Part shown: in pieces, positions 62,884 through 64,000 of the stretch | Position numbering within the stretch: the stretch's first letter is position 1 | Layout of the letters: each line of letters opens with the position of its first letter | Assembly (NCBI GenBank): GCA_001600815.1 | Contig: BCKZ01000002.1 | Span: 248,001 to 312,000, forward strand | Length of the DNA stretch: 64,000 nt | Source of the DNA: Alloascoidea hylecoeti | Taxonomy: Eukaryota | Direction: 5' to 3' | Position numbers and translations under genes: made by a program | Notes under the pieces: model-generated | Databases searched by the model: none | Seen by the model: the letters and a program-made list of their open reading frames with translations, nothing else | What the model was told of the DNA's origin: nothing

Positions 62884-64000
62884 TAAGTCTGCTGAATCCA
62901 AAAGAAAATAATAATGAGCTAGATATAGCATATCAATGCACAAACTCTCGATTATGAAAGCACAGCGTAATCAAAACCACGTTACGAGACTGGATCCCGA
63001 TCGTGAGGAGGTTGAAATCAGTAGCGGATGATTACATTCTATATTGGCAATTGATACTAGCTCATCTGTTGAAGCTTCGGATTCGGAGCTAGAAATAATG
63101 ATAGTCTCGATAGGAGCCTAAGCTATGGCTCTGGTCAAGATCAACTTCAGCTACAGCAGATGATACTGTTACACTCATCTCGAAACTTTTTCTTTCAATT
63201 GAGACAGAATAAGAATAAGAATAATAATCATCATAAAAATTCGACTGATAGTAATATATCAATTTCTCTTATCTACATTCACAAAACCCTCCGATACAGA
63301 ACAATTACAATTAATATTCCCAACAACATACATCGAATGACATACACATCTCTATCATTATTGCAACTATATTTAGAGCAACAATCCGAAGCACAACTAC
63401 TTCCAGGCTGTTCCCACCTGCACCTACTAACTCTTACTCTCAACAACCTTATTAAATGGAATAGTATAATCAATCTTTTTCATCAGTATCTGGAGCTCTG
63501 TCAGCAGAATATAATTCAAATGGAACAGTTTGAAATAAGTAAATTGGAATAAATAGTGATAGATATGCTCTATTACAACGAAACATCTATGAAGATACGA
63601 ATACAAATTCAAATCTAAATTCTACAGATATAAAGCGAGAACAACATTAACCCAAAATTGATATTTATTATTAATATATTTTATTTGTTTCGATTGTATG
63701 CAAAGCTATAGGAAAATATAATAAAAAAAGACTAGTTCTAAAGTATAATAACCCATGATAAATTAAATGCAAATTAAACTTCGCATTATCTCTAGATATA
63801 TTGGATTTTGTCTCAATTCATCAGACTTCTATGGTATGTATGTACCAGGCTTATAAGCTTACATGTATTTTTTTAGCATTGTTGTAAATCCTATATAGCC
63901 AATTGAGTCGGTTTTCTGTTTGTATTTTAAGACTGAAGTACACTAATATGTGATCATAAAGAATATGATAAACATCTATAATTAAGGAACTTCATCAAAT

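Overview
AT-rich nuclear genomic DNA of an intron-containing budding yeast (Saccharomycotina). Short GTATGT/GTAAGT introns with CTAAC branch points and a complex I subunit (NUXM) suggest an early-diverging, Dipodascales/Yarrowia-like lineage (inference). The window holds about 25 protein-coding genes, mostly housekeeping: MED10, NOP8, DCP1, TRF4, PHAF1-like, DCG1, TAE1, TCO89-like, VPS45, CTI6, PPQ1, CUP9/TOS8, RPL30, RPL24, NUXM, STU2, TDA10, eIF4A, RHO4, DUF866, an SDR and a SKG6-like gene. The most unusual items are: (i) a 985-aa protein I cannot assign, built from three copies of a ~190-aa domain plus an AT-hook; (ii) two families of dispersed, decayed coding-derived repeats, one copy of each lying head-to-head at 24.4-27.0 kb; (iii) a mitochondrial bL36-like gene that has lost its zinc ligands; (iv) a degenerating PEX11 copy; (v) an intronless GH53 galactanase; (vi) a conserved RPL30 autoregulatory kink-turn; and (vii) a 7.9-kb AT-rich gene desert rich in TAGCTA/TAAGCTTA words. 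No tRNA, rRNA or intact transposon was recognised. All alignments were done by eye.
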